Origin: an uncultured Candidatus Saccharibacteria bacterium
GTDB lineage: Bacteria; Patescibacteriota; Minisyncoccia; UBA6257; HR35
Length of the DNA: 64,000 nucleotides
Reading direction: 5' to 3'
NCBI GenBank assembly: GCA_964655375.1
Contig: CAZZNB010000045.1
Location: forward strand, 2,015-66,014
This document shows, in pieces, positions 39,268 through 49,479 of this stretch. The translations under genes were made by a program, and so were the position numbers. Every line of letters begins with the position of its first letter. Within the stretch, counting starts at the first letter, position 1. Under the pieces are notes generated by a model that was given only the letters and a program-made list of their open reading frames with translations, was not told the DNA's origin and did not search any database.

Positions 39268-39651
39268 TTATTTCTTAGAAACTTTTCTTTTACCAGAACC
39301 GACTGTTTTTCTTGGCCCTTTTCTTGTTCTTGCATTTGTTCTGGTTCTTTGTCCCCAAACAGGCAATTTTCTTAAATGTCTTAATCCTCGATAACATTGA
39401 ATATCTATTAACCTTCTAATATTAGATTGAATCTCTCTTTTTAAATCACCTTCTATTTTTAAGTTTGCATCAATATATTTTTCAATTTTACCAATTTCTT
39501 CCATAGTCAATTCTTTTGTTTTTTTCATAGGATCAATGTTCAAAGCTTCACATATTTTCTTAGCCAAAGATCTTCCAATCCCATATATTTTAGGCAAAGC
39601 AAACAAAATTCTTTTTTCTTTAGGAATTTCTACTCCTGCGATTCTAACCAT
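39268..39651 (-). CDS. rpsM: 30S ribosomal protein S13
   Basis: [32 protein letters not shown]. Confidence 0.97.
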   Translation of the reverse strand: MVRIAGVEIPKEKRILFALPKIYGIGRSLAKKICEALNIDPMKKTKELTMEEIGKIEKYIDANLKIEGDLKREIQSNIRRLIDIQCYRGLRHLRKLPVWGQRTRTNARTRKGPRKTVGSGKRKVSKK

Positions 39652-39653
39652 TT

Positions 39654-39767
39654 TTACCCTTGTCTCTGCTTATGTTTTGGATTTTCACAAATAACATAAA
39701 TTCGGCCATGTCTTCTTATAATTTTACACTTCTTACACCTTCTTTTAACTGATGCTTTTACTTTCAT
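39654..39767 (-). CDS. rpmJ: 50S ribosomal protein L36 (37 aa)
   Basis: Manual translation [37 protein letters not shown]. Confidence 0.96.
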   Translation of the reverse strand: MKVKASVKRRCKKCKIIRRHGRIYVICENPKHKQRQG

Positions 39768-39770
39768 TTT

Positions 39771-39977
39771 TTATTTTCTTTTAATGATCCTACCTTTTGT
39801 TCTATCATAAGGAGAAAGTTCTACTATTACTTCATCACCTGGTACTACTTTTATATAATTGATCCTCATTTTCCCAGACAAATAAGCGAGAATTTCCTCT
39901 CCTGTTGTTAATTTTACTTTAAATGTTGTATCTGGTAAAGCTTCTATTACTACTCCTTCAACAATTTCTTTTTTCAT
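39771..39977 (-). CDS. infA: Translation initiation factor IF-1
   Basis: [23 protein letters not shown]; true start ATG 39977 (the track extension reads through tRNA-Pro). Confidence 0.96.
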   Translation of the reverse strand: MKKEIVEGVVIEALPDTTFKVKLTTGEEILAYLSGKMRINYIKVVPGDEVIVELSPYDRTKGRIIKRK

Positions 39978-39984
39978 GTTATTT

Positions 39985-40057
39985 TCGGGGTGGCCGGATT
40001 CGAACCGGCAATCTCGTGGTCCCAAACCACGCGCCTTAACCATTAGGCCACACCCCG
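39985..40057 (-). tRNA. tRNA-Pro(TGG)
   Basis: CGGGGTG..; anticodon arm CGTGG-TT-TGG-GA-CCACG; GGTTCGAATCC. Confidence 0.95.
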
Positions 40058-40068
40058 TAATTTTAAAA

Positions 40069-40141
40069 TGGACCCAGAGGGACTCGAACCCTCGGCCTCC
40101 GCCATGCCATAGCGGCGCTCTACCAACTGAGCTATGGGCCC
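40069..40141 (-). tRNA. tRNA-Ala(GGC)
   Basis: GGGCCCATAGCTCAGTTGG; anticodon arm CCGCT-AT-GGC-AT-GGCGG; G3:U70 pair. Confidence 0.95.
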
Positions 40142-40157
40142 TTTAATATTAATTTTA

Positions 40158-41612
40158 TCAATTTTCTTTTTCTTTTACAAATGGAAAGTAAATAACCTCT
40201 CTTAAGTATTTAGAATTAGTTAAAATTACTACTAGTCTATCTATTCCTATTCCTAATCCAGCTGTTGGGGGCATTCCATATTCTAAGGCTTCTATAAAGG
40301 TTTCATCATAAGGATGTGCTTCTTCATCACCTTTTTCTAAAGCCTTAGCCTGTTCTTCAAATCTTTGCTTTTGATCTATTGGATCATTTAATTCTGCAAA
40401 TGCATTGATAATTTCTAATCCTCCAATATATCCTTGAAAACGCAATGTTAATTCAGGGTTTTTAGGATTTAATTTAGCTAATGGTGAAATTTCTTTCGGA
40501 TGATCTATCAAAAACGTTGGTTGAATTAAATTTTTTCTGATTACTTTTTTAAAAATTTCATCGACAATTTTACCCTTGGTGATTATTTTGGGATTAAATT
40601 CTATTTGATTTTTTTCTGCAAATTTCAAAAAATCATCTAATGTATTTTTAAAATAGTCCAAACCTGTATATTTTTTAATTATTTCTACATACTTTATTCT
40701 TTTCCATTTCTTTCCGAAGTTAATTTTATTACCTTGGTATTCGACAAAATAACTTTCTTTCCCTGTGAATTTTTTATTAAATCTTTTGACTAATTCTTTT
40801 AACAAATTTTCTACAAATTTCATTAAATTATCACGATCACAATAAGCATAATATAATTCCATCATAGTAAATTCTGGATTATGCTCCCTGTCAATTCCTT
40901 CATTTCTGAAATTTTTCCCTATTTCAAAAATTTTTTCAAATCCTCCAACTATCATTTTTTTAAGATAAAGTTCAGGTGCTATTCTTAAATATAATGGTAA
41001 ATTTAAGGCTTCTAGATATGTTTTAAATGGTTTTGCTAAAGCTCCGCCATAATGCGTTTGTAAAATTGGTGTTTCTACTTCAATAAATCCTTTCTCCCAT
41101 AAAATTTCCCTTAATAGGCGTATGATATAAAATCTTTTATTAAAAACCTCTTTGTCTTCAGGGTAAAAAATTGTTCGTAAATAAGGATTTCTTGAAAGAA
41201 GCTCTTCATCACGAACTTTGTAATAATCTTTAGGAAAATTTTTTAGACATTTTGCTAATAAAACATATTTTTCTACTAATACACTTTTTTCTTTAGATTT
41301 AGGCAAAAAAACACTACCAAAAACTGAAATGAAGTCTCCCATTTTTAAAATTTCAGTTGACAAATCGAATTTTTTAGTTATATCTTTTCTAAAAATACAT
41401 TGAATCTTTCCTGATTCGTCTTTTAAATCAATAAAAATAATATTTCCATGATCTCTAATCGCCATAATTCTTCCTGCTATCCAAAAATATTTTTTATTTC
41501 TTAAAAATTTATTAAAATTCTGTATAACTTCATTTATAACATAATCCCTTTTGCTTTTTTCTGGATAAGGATCAATTTTTAATTTTTTAATTTTTTCTAA
41601 TTCGTCATGCAT
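40158..41612 (-). CDS. lysS: Lysine--tRNA ligase (class II)
   Basis: GGALAKPF, LRIAPELYLK, FRNEGID..HNPEF, YGMPPTAGLGIGIDRL. Confidence 0.98.
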   Translation of the reverse strand: MHDELEKIKKLKIDPYPEKSKRDYVINEVIQNFNKFLRNKKYFWIAGRIMAIRDHGNIIFIDLKDESGKIQCIFRKDITKKFDLSTEILKMGDFISVFGSVFLPKSKEKSVLVEKYVLLAKCLKNFPKDYYKVRDEELLSRNPYLRTIFYPEDKEVFNKRFYIIRLLREILWEKGFIEVETPILQTHYGGALAKPFKTYLEALNLPLYLRIAPELYLKKMIVGGFEKIFEIGKNFRNEGIDREHNPEFTMMELYYAYCDRDNLMKFVENLLKELVKRFNKKFTGKESYFVEYQGNKINFGKKWKRIKYVEIIKKYTGLDYFKNTLDDFLKFAEKNQIEFNPKIITKGKIVDEIFKKVIRKNLIQPTFLIDHPKEISPLAKLNPKNPELTLRFQGYIGGLEIINAFAELNDPIDQKQRFEEQAKALEKGDEEAHPYDETFIEALEYGMPPTAGLGIGIDRLVVILTNSKYLREVIYFPFVKEKEN

Positions 41613-41613
41613 T

Positions 41614-42852
41614 TTATTGGATTTGACGAGATTGTAAACCTTGTTCTAATTGAGCAGAAATTTGTTGATATACTGGTACAACTATTGATACTGCTATTAA
41701 CCCAACTATTATACCGACAAAAACTATTAGAAGAGGCTCTAATAATGTCATTAGGTTTTTTATAGAATATTTCACTTCGTCTTCATAATACCTTTCCATA
41801 ACTTCTAAAACTTTAGATAAATTTCCTGTTTCAGAGCCTATTATCATAACTCCGGAAAAAATAGGAGGAAAAATTCTTTCTTGAACAAGTACCTCTTCAA
41901 AATTAGCACCGCCTTGAATTTTTTGATGCATTCTTAAAGTAGCTTCTTTAAGTTCTGGATGGGATATGACTAAGCTTGTAAGGTACAAAGATTGCGAAAC
42001 AGTAATACCACTTTCTATTAAAGATCCAAATATAAAACAGAAAGATCTTAAATTCATATTCAAAATAAGTGTTTTTAAAATAGGTAATTTTAAAGCAATT
42101 AAAAGCAATACTTGCCGCCCCTTTCTTGTTATAAATAAGCTTATAAAAATAATAATTAATAAGCCCAAAATAATGAAAATTATTTTTATATGATTTCCTA
42201 TCCAAATACCTGTTGATAGTATAATTTGAGAGAAAGCAGGTAATTTTGTTCCCATTTGTTGTACTAATCCTGCAATTTTAGGCATAACAAAAGTAGTTAC
42301 TAAAATTATTACTCCAAATGCTGCAATAAGTATAATAGATGGATATAATAGTGAAGAAAGCAGTTCTGTTCTTACATTTTTTTCTTTCTCTAAATCCTCA
42401 ACCCAGTTATCAAAGGTTTTAGTTAAATTACCAGAAAGCTCCCCTATTTTAATAAGCTCTATTTCAACAGGAGTAAAACTTTCAGGAAAATATTGAAAGG
42501 TTAAATAAAAAGGATTCCCTTTTTGGAGGTTGTAAATTAGAAACAAAACGAAGTTTTTTAAATATCCATCTTTTAAATTTCTGACAAAAACCTTTAAACC
42601 TTCAATCAAACCAGCTCCAGATTTTAGAATTAAAGATATATTTCTAGCAAAAAATATTTTTTCTTTCAAAGAAAGTCTTCTAAATGGTCTTAAAATTTTA
42701 TCAAAAAAAGTTTCTGTTGAAATATAAATTTTAATAGGAGTTAAGCCTAAGCTCGATAAATAATCTACAATCTCTTGTTCAGATTCAGCTACTAATTTAC
42801 CTTTGTGGAATTTACCTAAATTATCTACTGCGAGAAATTTATAAAATTGCAT
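41614..42852 (-). CDS. pilC: PilC/GspF platform protein
   Basis: Two T2SSF repeats (GELSGNL, GSETGNL), YPSII, LLEPLLI. Confidence 0.9.
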   Translation of the reverse strand: MQFYKFLAVDNLGKFHKGKLVAESEQEIVDYLSSLGLTPIKIYISTETFFDKILRPFRRLSLKEKIFFARNISLILKSGAGLIEGLKVFVRNLKDGYLKNFVLFLIYNLQKGNPFYLTFQYFPESFTPVEIELIKIGELSGNLTKTFDNWVEDLEKEKNVRTELLSSLLYPSIILIAAFGVIILVTTFVMPKIAGLVQQMGTKLPAFSQIILSTGIWIGNHIKIIFIILGLLIIIFISLFITRKGRQVLLLIALKLPILKTLILNMNLRSFCFIFGSLIESGITVSQSLYLTSLVISHPELKEATLRMHQKIQGGANFEEVLVQERIFPPIFSGVMIIGSETGNLSKVLEVMERYYEDEVKYSIKNLMTLLEPLLIVFVGIIVGLIAVSIVVPVYQQISAQLEQGLQSRQIQ

Positions 42853-42854
42853 TT

Positions 42855-44561
42855 TTACTCTCTAATTACTCTTAATACTTCTTCTAATGTTGTAATTCCT
42901 GCTATAACTTTCTCAAAGCCATCTTCAAACATTGTACGGAAACCTTTATTTCTTAATATCTCTTTGAATTCAATCAAATTAAATTCTTTTCTTGCTAAAT
43001 AATCTGCTACTTCGTCATCTACATAAAACATTTCGAAAATTCCAGTTCTTCCTTTATAACCAGAATATCCACAATATTCACAACCTTTTCCTTTGTAAAT
43101 ATATTTAGGAAATTCAAAATTTTTAAGTTCTTCTACTGACCACCCAGCTCTAATAAGTTGATCTTTCATCAATTCTTCTTGATAAGGCTTCACCTCTTCA
43201 GTAGTAACGCAATTTAAGCAAACTTTTCTAACTAATCTTTGAGCCATTACTAAAGTTAAAGTTGAAGCTACTAAATATTTAGGGATGCCTAAATCAATTA
43301 GTCTTGGTACAGCTGTAGGAGCATCATTTGTGTGAAGAGTAGAAAGTATAAGGTGGCCAGTAAGAGCTGCTTGAATAGCAATATCTGCAGTTTCAAAATC
43401 TCTAATTTCACCTACCATGATAATATTTGGATCTTGTCTTAAAAGACTTCTTAGTCCTGAAGCAAAAGTTAATTCTACTTTTGGGTTTACTTGAATTTGA
43501 TTAATTCTTTCTAATTCATATTCAATAGGATCCTCAATAGTGCAAATATTAACCTCAGGCCTGTTCAAAAGCTGTAAAATTGTATACAAAGTAGTAGTTT
43601 TACCAGAACCTGTAGGACCAGTAGAGAGTATCATTCCATAAGTTTTAGTAATAGCCAGCTCTAATAATTCTTGATTTTTCTCATTTAAACCTAATTCTGG
43701 TAAAGACGTAGGCCTAAATGTTGAAGCTAATAATCTTAAAACAGCTTTTTCTCCATACATTGTAGGAACTATAGAAACCCTTATATCAAATTCAAAATCA
43801 CCTAATTTTGTCTTAAATCTACCGTCTTGTGGCCTAAAATGCTCATCAATTTGAAGTTGAGATAGAATCTTAATTCTAGCTATTAAAGAAGGATGTAAAT
43901 TTTTTGGTAATTTCATTATTTCTCTTAATACTCCATCAATTCTAAATCTGACTAAGCTATAATCAGCAAAAATTTCTATGTGTATATCTGAAGCATTAAG
44001 TCCCATAGCATAGTTCAGTAAATTATCTACAATCCTTGTAGCAGATACTCTTTGTTCCTCTTCTGTTAAAAAAGCTCTTTCAAATTGAGACACTTCTTTA
44101 CTTAAAATTTCTTGGTACTTTTCTTTGTATAAAGCTTGATAGTTTATTAATGCTCTTTGGATTTCATCTTCTAAAGCTATCATAGGTTCAATTTTTTTAC
44201 CTGTAATATTACTTAAAAGATTTATAGTTTCAAAATCTCTTGGGTTAGCCATAGCTACTTGGAGAACATCCCCCTCAATATTTATAGGAACAACCTTTTT
44301 TTGGATAGCAATTTGCTCAGGAACTAATTTTAAAATACTTATCGGAATAACGATGCCTTTTAAATTAGCTCTTTTTATTCCTAAATATTCACTTAAAATA
44401 CTAGCAAAAAAATCTCTATCTAACCATCTTCGACTAAACATCAAATCTAAAGGATTAATATTTAATCTTTTTGATTCACTTTCTATTTCATCCCATGTAG
44501 CCCCATCTATAATATTGTTTTTTATAAGCAATTCTTTTAATTCTTCATTTGATATTATCAT
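42855..44561 (-). CDS. pilB: PilB/GspE ATPase
   Basis: ASDIHIE, PQDGR, GPTGSGKTTT, LRQDP, STLHTND; adjacent to pilC. Confidence 0.9.
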   Translation of the reverse strand: MIISNEELKELLIKNNIIDGATWDEIESESKRLNINPLDLMFSRRWLDRDFFASILSEYLGIKRANLKGIVIPISILKLVPEQIAIQKKVVPINIEGDVLQVAMANPRDFETINLLSNITGKKIEPMIALEDEIQRALINYQALYKEKYQEILSKEVSQFERAFLTEEEQRVSATRIVDNLLNYAMGLNASDIHIEIFADYSLVRFRIDGVLREIMKLPKNLHPSLIARIKILSQLQIDEHFRPQDGRFKTKLGDFEFDIRVSIVPTMYGEKAVLRLLASTFRPTSLPELGLNEKNQELLELAITKTYGMILSTGPTGSGKTTTLYTILQLLNRPEVNICTIEDPIEYELERINQIQVNPKVELTFASGLRSLLRQDPNIIMVGEIRDFETADIAIQAALTGHLILSTLHTNDAPTAVPRLIDLGIPKYLVASTLTLVMAQRLVRKVCLNCVTTEEVKPYQEELMKDQLIRAGWSVEELKNFEFPKYIYKGKGCEYCGYSGYKGRTGIFEMFYVDDEVADYLARKEFNLIEFKEILRNKGFRTMFEDGFEKVIAGITTLEEVLRVIRE

Positions 44562-45160
44562 GGCTTAAAAACTTCTAAAAAATATAATTTATTTTTCATC
44601 GTTATATTAATTATTATAAAAAATATGCATAAAAAAACCCAATAATTTTTTAAAGAAATTTTTTCTGAAGATATACTAAGTTTTGATATTATTCTGATCA
44701 AATGCCACAAAAAAATTACCAAAAATCCAGATATTAATAAAAAGAAATTTAATGGAAAATCTATAAGAGAAGTTAATATAGGTACCATATAATATTCTTC
44801 TTTATAAAATAATGTCTCTTTAAATAATTTGTTAATTGTATAAATTATTAAAAATATAAAAAAAGATCCTATAAGACGCCAAAGTAATTGTTTGTAAAAA
44901 TGATGATAAGAGTAAGATAAAAAATAGGCGAAAGGTTGATAAGGAGGAAGAAGATATTTAGAAATAGGATGAGTTGCCCAAATTAAATATTGAAGATAAT
45001 TGATATAAAAAATATAAGCTAAGGAAAATATTATAAAAAATGAAAAAATGAGAAACCAATATTTTTTTTCTTTATTTCTAAAAAATATTAAAATAATAGA
45101 TGATAAAAGACTAATTATATAGATAAAATTTAAAATTATGAAATTAAATAAATTTTGCAT
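44558..45160 (-). CDS. Polytopic membrane hypothetical protein
   Basis: Several TMs; QY..W..HPISKYLLPPY; stop overlaps the pilB start; start moved to ATG 45160. Confidence 0.65.
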   Translation of the reverse strand: MQNLFNFIILNFIYIISLLSSIILIFFRNKEKKYWFLIFSFFIIFSLAYIFYINYLQYLIWATHPISKYLLPPYQPFAYFLSYSYHHFYKQLLWRLIGSFFIFLIIYTINKLFKETLFYKEEYYMVPILTSLIDFPLNFFLLISGFLVIFLWHLIRIISKLSISSEKISLKNYWVFLCIFFIIINITMKNKLYFLEVFKP

Positions 45161-45632
45161 AAAAAATATTATAAACCAATCCTTTTCTCTAATTGAAATA
45201 ACAGTTGTAATTTTTATTTTTTTATTAATTATCACAGTTTTTTTTAGTAGATTTTTAGAATTCTCAGCAGACTATGCTAATGTTTCTAAAGATGTAATTT
45301 CAATTAAAAAAACTTTAGAATTAGCTAGAGAAAAGTCTTTGATAAAAGAAGAATATACTAGTTGGGGAGTTTATTTTGAAAATTCTTCTTCTGCTTATTA
45401 TCTTTTTGCTGGTCCATCTTTTGCTTCATCAGTAAAAGTTTTTGTTAATTATTTAAGTGAAAATAATAAGTTTTTAAATCCACCTCCAAATTCTCATTTA
45501 GAAATTATTTTTATGCCTTCTACTGGTTATGCTACTAATGCAACAATTACAATATCTTCTTTGAATGAAAAAATAAAAGGTGATATAATAATTAATTCAG
45601 TCGGCACAATTAATACAAATATTTACAAATGA
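45138..45632 (+). CDS. Type IV minor pilin / GspH-FimT-like
   Basis: S|FSLIEITVV prepilin-like motif; AR..S...WGVYF; IIINSVG. Confidence 0.75.
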   Translation: MKLNKFCIKNIINQSFSLIEITVVIFIFLLIITVFFSRFLEFSADYANVSKDVISIKKTLELAREKSLIKEEYTSWGVYFENSSSAYYLFAGPSFASSVKVFVNYLSENNKFLNPPPNSHLEIIFMPSTGYATNATITISSLNEKIKGDIIINSVGTINTNIYK

Positions 45633-46270
45633 ATATAAATCAAATTTTGCCAGCGATACTTTTAATAATTCTTCTTTTAGGAGGCGGATATTTATTATTC
45701 CAAAAAACTCCTATTAAATACACAGCTAATGTATTCACTAATTTGAATCTAGAAAACTTAAAAGGTTTTAATCCACCATTAGGAAATCCTGATGCTCCAG
45801 TAAAAATAATAGAATTTTCTGATGCTCAATGTTTTTATTGTAAAAAATTTTACATGGAATCTTTTAAGAAAATCAAAGACGAATATATAGATAAAGGATT
45901 AGCTGTTTTTTATTATAGAGATTTTGCCTTTTTAGGGCCTGAATCAATTCAAGCAAGTTTAGCTTCAAAATGCGCCAGAGAACAAGAGAAATTTTGGGAA
46001 TATATAGATATACTTTTCGAAAATCAATCAGTAGGATTCAACAAAGAAAACTTAATAAAATTTGCAGAAAGACTTAATTTAGATAAAGAAAAATTTGAAA
46101 AATGTATAAATGAGGGTAAATATATGGATGAAATTCAAGAAGATATAAAAGCAGCTCAAACTTTAGGAGTTAGAGGAACGCCTTATTTTATAATTAATAA
46201 TGATATAGTTGAAGGAGCATATCCATACGAATATATAAAACAAATTATAGAAAAATATATAAAAAAATGA
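45629..46270 (+). CDS. DsbA-family thiol oxidoreductase
   Basis: GNPDAPVKIIEFSD.QCFYC, GVRGTP. Confidence 0.92.
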   Translation: MNINQILPAILLIILLLGGGYLLFQKTPIKYTANVFTNLNLENLKGFNPPLGNPDAPVKIIEFSDAQCFYCKKFYMESFKKIKDEYIDKGLAVFYYRDFAFLGPESIQASLASKCAREQEKFWEYIDILFENQSVGFNKENLIKFAERLNLDKEKFEKCINEGKYMDEIQEDIKAAQTLGVRGTPYFIINNDIVEGAYPYEYIKQIIEKYIKK

Positions 46271-46500
46271 AAAAAATAATAATTTATACAACAAGCTGGT
46301 GTCCGTTTTGTGATGCTGCTAAAGAATATTTTAAAAATAAAGGAGTAGAATATGAAGAAAAAAATGTTGAAAATGATATCCAGGCAAGAGAAGAAATGAT
46401 AGAAAAATCTGGTCAATTAGGTGTCCCTGTTATAGATATAGGCGGAAAGATAATTGTAGGTTTTTCACCTGAAGAAATTGAAGAAGCTTTAAAAGAATAA
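46267..46500 (+). CDS. Glutaredoxin/NrdH-like protein
   Basis: WCPFC, SGQLGVPVI, IVGF. Confidence 0.92.
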   Translation: MKKIIIYTTSWCPFCDAAKEYFKNKGVEYEEKNVENDIQAREEMIEKSGQLGVPVIDIGGKIIVGFSPEEIEEALKE

Positions 46501-46504
46501 TTTT

Positions 46505-46789
46505 TTATTCTTCTGGTTCAATTCCTAATTCTTTTTTTAATTCCAATTCTCTTTTTCTATCTTCTAATGCTCTTTTAATTTTTTCAAGTTCTATAACAGT
46601 TTCTAACAGCCTTTCTTTAAATTTAAGAGTTGCATAAGCTAAATCTACTGCTTCTTCAAAGAAAATACCAACAATATCTTTCTTCACATCTTCAGGGAAC
46701 TTATCAAAATTTTCAATTAAAAAATTTCTAACATCTTCTTCACTCCCTTCTGCTAAAATTTTGAAAAATTCTTCATATATATTTTCCAT
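46505..46789 (-). CDS. Acidic helical hypothetical protein
   Basis: 94-aa ORF with host-like codon usage. Confidence 0.65.
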   Translation of the reverse strand: MENIYEEFFKILAEGSEEDVRNFLIENFDKFPEDVKKDIVGIFFEEAVDLAYATLKFKERLLETVIELEKIKRALEDRKRELELKKELGIEPEE

Positions 46790-46823
46790 ATTTATTTTTT
46801 AGTAATTAATATTCATTTGATAT

Positions 46824-47891
46824 TTATTTTGAATCCGCCCATCCTGCAACCATATTAATTAAAGCATCCAAAACCCCACCAAATTTATTGCCAAATTTAT
46901 TGCCTAATTTATTTCTCATGCGTGATTTAAAGCCAGATTTTAATTCGTTTTTTCGCTCCTCTTCGAGTTGTTCCCAATTAGTAACCTTTTGTTCCTGTAA
47001 AAATTCACTCCATTCCTCTTCTAATTCCTCCGGAGAATAGAAAGCTTCTTTGAAGCTTAGGCCTTGTCCTAAAGGTTTAAATTCATCCCATAAAGCTTTA
47101 TTTAAAATATCTATTCCTCCATTTGTAGTATATATTACATTAGCTATCATCTCTCCGACCTCCTTCAAATTATCATAGATTGTATTTAAATGTGTTTGTA
47201 CCTCTGTTATTTTATTTAATTCATCTACTCGCTTTTGGCTATATGTTCCTCCTTGCAAGAAATCCCAAATTTTTTGTAAAATATTTAATCTCCTTTTAAC
47301 AAGATTTGTAATCTCATCTTCTTTTACTTCTCCTTTTGCTATCCTTTCATATAGCCGACCTAACTCTGGTTCACTTATTCCATACCTTCTGCAAGCTTCT
47401 TTAAGTTGTTCATCAATATTTGAAAGTTGCCTTTCTGCTTCCTTTATTTGCTGAATTTTTTCCGCTAAACTGTCAAACCTATCTTTCCCTACAATATATA
47501 ACCTAGATAAATAAACTTCTAACAATTTCTTTGTATTTTCAATACCTAAAGTCCCAACCAATTTTTTAAACTTATTAGAACTTCCTACAATTATTTTTAT
47601 AGTTTCTGGAGTTAATAGACTTAATACTTCTTGAGACTTATCTATTGCTTCTTTAAGTAGTATTCTATAATTATTTAATTCTTCAAGTTCGTTTTCGCTA
47701 AAAGCTTCTCTTTTTAATAATTTTTCTATTAACTTTTGTTTATTATCTTTTTCTAAGGCTAAATTTAAAAGCTCCGAAAGTTTTGGATCTTTTAAAATCT
47801 CTGCTAAAGAAGGAGGAACAGCTTCAGGGCTTTGTTCATATTCTCCCCCCTTTTTTTGTTCTTGCGCCCTTCGAAATCTTTCTACTACCAT
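46824..47891 (-). CDS. Helical/coiled-coil hypothetical protein
   Basis: 355-aa ORF; no recognised motif. Confidence 0.7.
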   Translation of the reverse strand: MVVERFRRAQEQKKGGEYEQSPEAVPPSLAEILKDPKLSELLNLALEKDNKQKLIEKLLKREAFSENELEELNNYRILLKEAIDKSQEVLSLLTPETIKIIVGSSNKFKKLVGTLGIENTKKLLEVYLSRLYIVGKDRFDSLAEKIQQIKEAERQLSNIDEQLKEACRRYGISEPELGRLYERIAKGEVKEDEITNLVKRRLNILQKIWDFLQGGTYSQKRVDELNKITEVQTHLNTIYDNLKEVGEMIANVIYTTNGGIDILNKALWDEFKPLGQGLSFKEAFYSPEELEEEWSEFLQEQKVTNWEQLEEERKNELKSGFKSRMRNKLGNKFGNKFGGVLDALINMVAGWADSK

Positions 47892-47945
47892 TAATTTAAT
47901 TTTAAGCTATATTTATTTCGATAGTCAAGTTTATAATTAATATTA

Positions 47946-48410
47946 ATGAAAAATAGAGTATTTCTTCAAAATCCGGGAATTTATTATCATTATCAAATAT
48001 TAGAAAGCTTTGAAGCTGGAATAGAGCTAAAAGGCTTTGAAGTCAAAGCCTTAAGAGAAGGGAAAGGAAGCTTAAAAGGAAGCTATGTTACTATAAAAGA
48101 TAATGAAGCTTATTTAGTAAATTTTAATATCCCTCCATACCAACCTAAAAATACACCAAAAGATTATGATGAAAATAGACCAAGAAAACTTTTATTAAAG
48201 AGAAAAGAAATAAATTATTTGATAGGAAAATTAAAAGAAAAGGGGTTAACATTAGTGCCAATCAAGGTTTATTCTAAAGGAAATCTTATTAAAATAGAAA
48301 TAGCTTTAGCAAAAGGTCTTAAAAAATATGAAAAAAGAGAAAAAATAAAAGAAAAAGAATTTAGAAGAGTAAAAGAAAGAGCAGAGAAAATAAAATATAG
48401 GGCTGGATAA
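47946..48410 (+). CDS. smpB: SsrA-binding protein
   Basis: FEAGIELKGFEVK, RPRKLLL, GLTLVP, AKG.KKYEKRE. Confidence 0.96.
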   Translation: MKNRVFLQNPGIYYHYQILESFEAGIELKGFEVKALREGKGSLKGSYVTIKDNEAYLVNFNIPPYQPKNTPKDYDENRPRKLLLKRKEINYLIGKLKEKGLTLVPIKVYSKGNLIKIEIALAKGLKKYEKREKIKEKEFRRVKERAEKIKYRAG

Positions 48411-48420
48411 AAACCAGCCC
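48400..48420. terminator. Hairpin between convergent smpB and DHH genes
   Basis: GGGCTGG/CCAGCCC stem; the smpB stop lies in the loop. Confidence 0.7.
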
Positions 48421-48442
48421 CTTAATCCTAATAGTATATACT

Positions 48443-49351
48443 CTATAATTCTTTTAATCTAGATAAAATATGTTCTAATATTTCTTCGTGGGGCCCTGGT
48501 AAACTTATTCTAAACGGAGCTCCGCTTTTTAGTTCAAACATTTTCACTAAGTTAATTTCTTTTAATTTCGTTCCTATAATCGTAATTTCCTCATTGTTAT
48601 TTCCATATTTTTGTATGATTATCATGTCAAATCTTTTATATCCTAACATAAATAATCTTGTTATATCCACTTTTTTCTTTGGATCTAATTTTATATAACC
48701 AATTTTATATTTACCCCCAGCTATTAATTCTATATTTTCTGAAGCTTCTATTGTATTTCTTTCTATTTCTTCATATAATTTACCGTATTCCTCTAATAAC
48801 CTTCTCTCTTCACTATTATCTTCACTTTTATAACTTTTAACAAGATATCTAACTATTGTTCTCATTATGTTTTCTTTTAACCTTTCATCTTCACTTAAGA
48901 TTCCATATTTTAATGATCTATTTAAGAAAATAGATAAATCTGTTTCTTTATATTCTGTAGGTCTATCCGCAGCATTCGCTGCAGCGACCCACTCTTCTCT
49001 TACTATAAACCCATTATCTTTCATCAATTGGGGGCAGCTTGGGCTATCCCCAACTATAACTTTTTCTTCTCCTAGCCATTCTTGTAGATATATATATCCC
49101 TCATGATGGTCTATCCACAATCTTATTTTATCTTTATATCTTTCAATAAATTCTCTCGTCATATCTGGATTCCTATTATTTACTGCTATGTCGACAACAA
49201 AAATTTCCTCTATATTTGCAGGAATATTTATTTTATCTAACAAGAATGGCTGTGTAAAGATTATATTTCTTTCAGATATACCGAAGTTTATTGAAATTAT
49301 CGTTGCAGATATTACACCATCAATATCACCATGAGAAACCACAAACTTCAT
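48443..49351 (-). CDS. DHH-family phosphoesterase-like protein
   Basis: SHGDIDG, VVDI, WIDHH motifs; GGAGGTG SD before ATG 49351. Confidence 0.8.
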   Translation of the reverse strand: MKFVVSHGDIDGVISATIISINFGISERNIIFTQPFLLDKINIPANIEEIFVVDIAVNNRNPDMTREFIERYKDKIRLWIDHHEGYIYLQEWLGEEKVIVGDSPSCPQLMKDNGFIVREEWVAAANAADRPTEYKETDLSIFLNRSLKYGILSEDERLKENIMRTIVRYLVKSYKSEDNSEERRLLEEYGKLYEEIERNTIEASENIELIAGGKYKIGYIKLDPKKKVDITRLFMLGYKRFDMIIIQKYGNNNEEITIIGTKLKEINLVKMFELKSGAPFRISLPGPHEEILEHILSRLKEL

Positions 49352-49435
49352 AAGTTTCACCTCCTTTTAGATTACTAATAAAATTTTAACATATTTTTAA
49401 AAACAAAATATTTTCAAAATTGTGTCAAATAAAAA

Positions 49436-49467
49436 TGGCTGGGCAATTACCCCAGATTACCCAGCCA
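49436..49467 (-). terminator. Intrinsic terminator-like hairpin
   Basis: TGGCTGGGCAAT/ATTACCCAGCCA followed by a T run on the minus strand. Confidence 0.75.
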
Positions 49468-49479
49468 GAATTTACATTT

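Noticed and set aside
39978-40043. N-terminal extension of IF-1 in the ORF track
   Set aside because: It is the tRNA-Pro gene read in frame
46879-46914. 12-nt tandem repeat CCAAATTTATTG
   Set aside because: In-frame coding micro-duplication (GNKF); too short for a CRISPR or structural array
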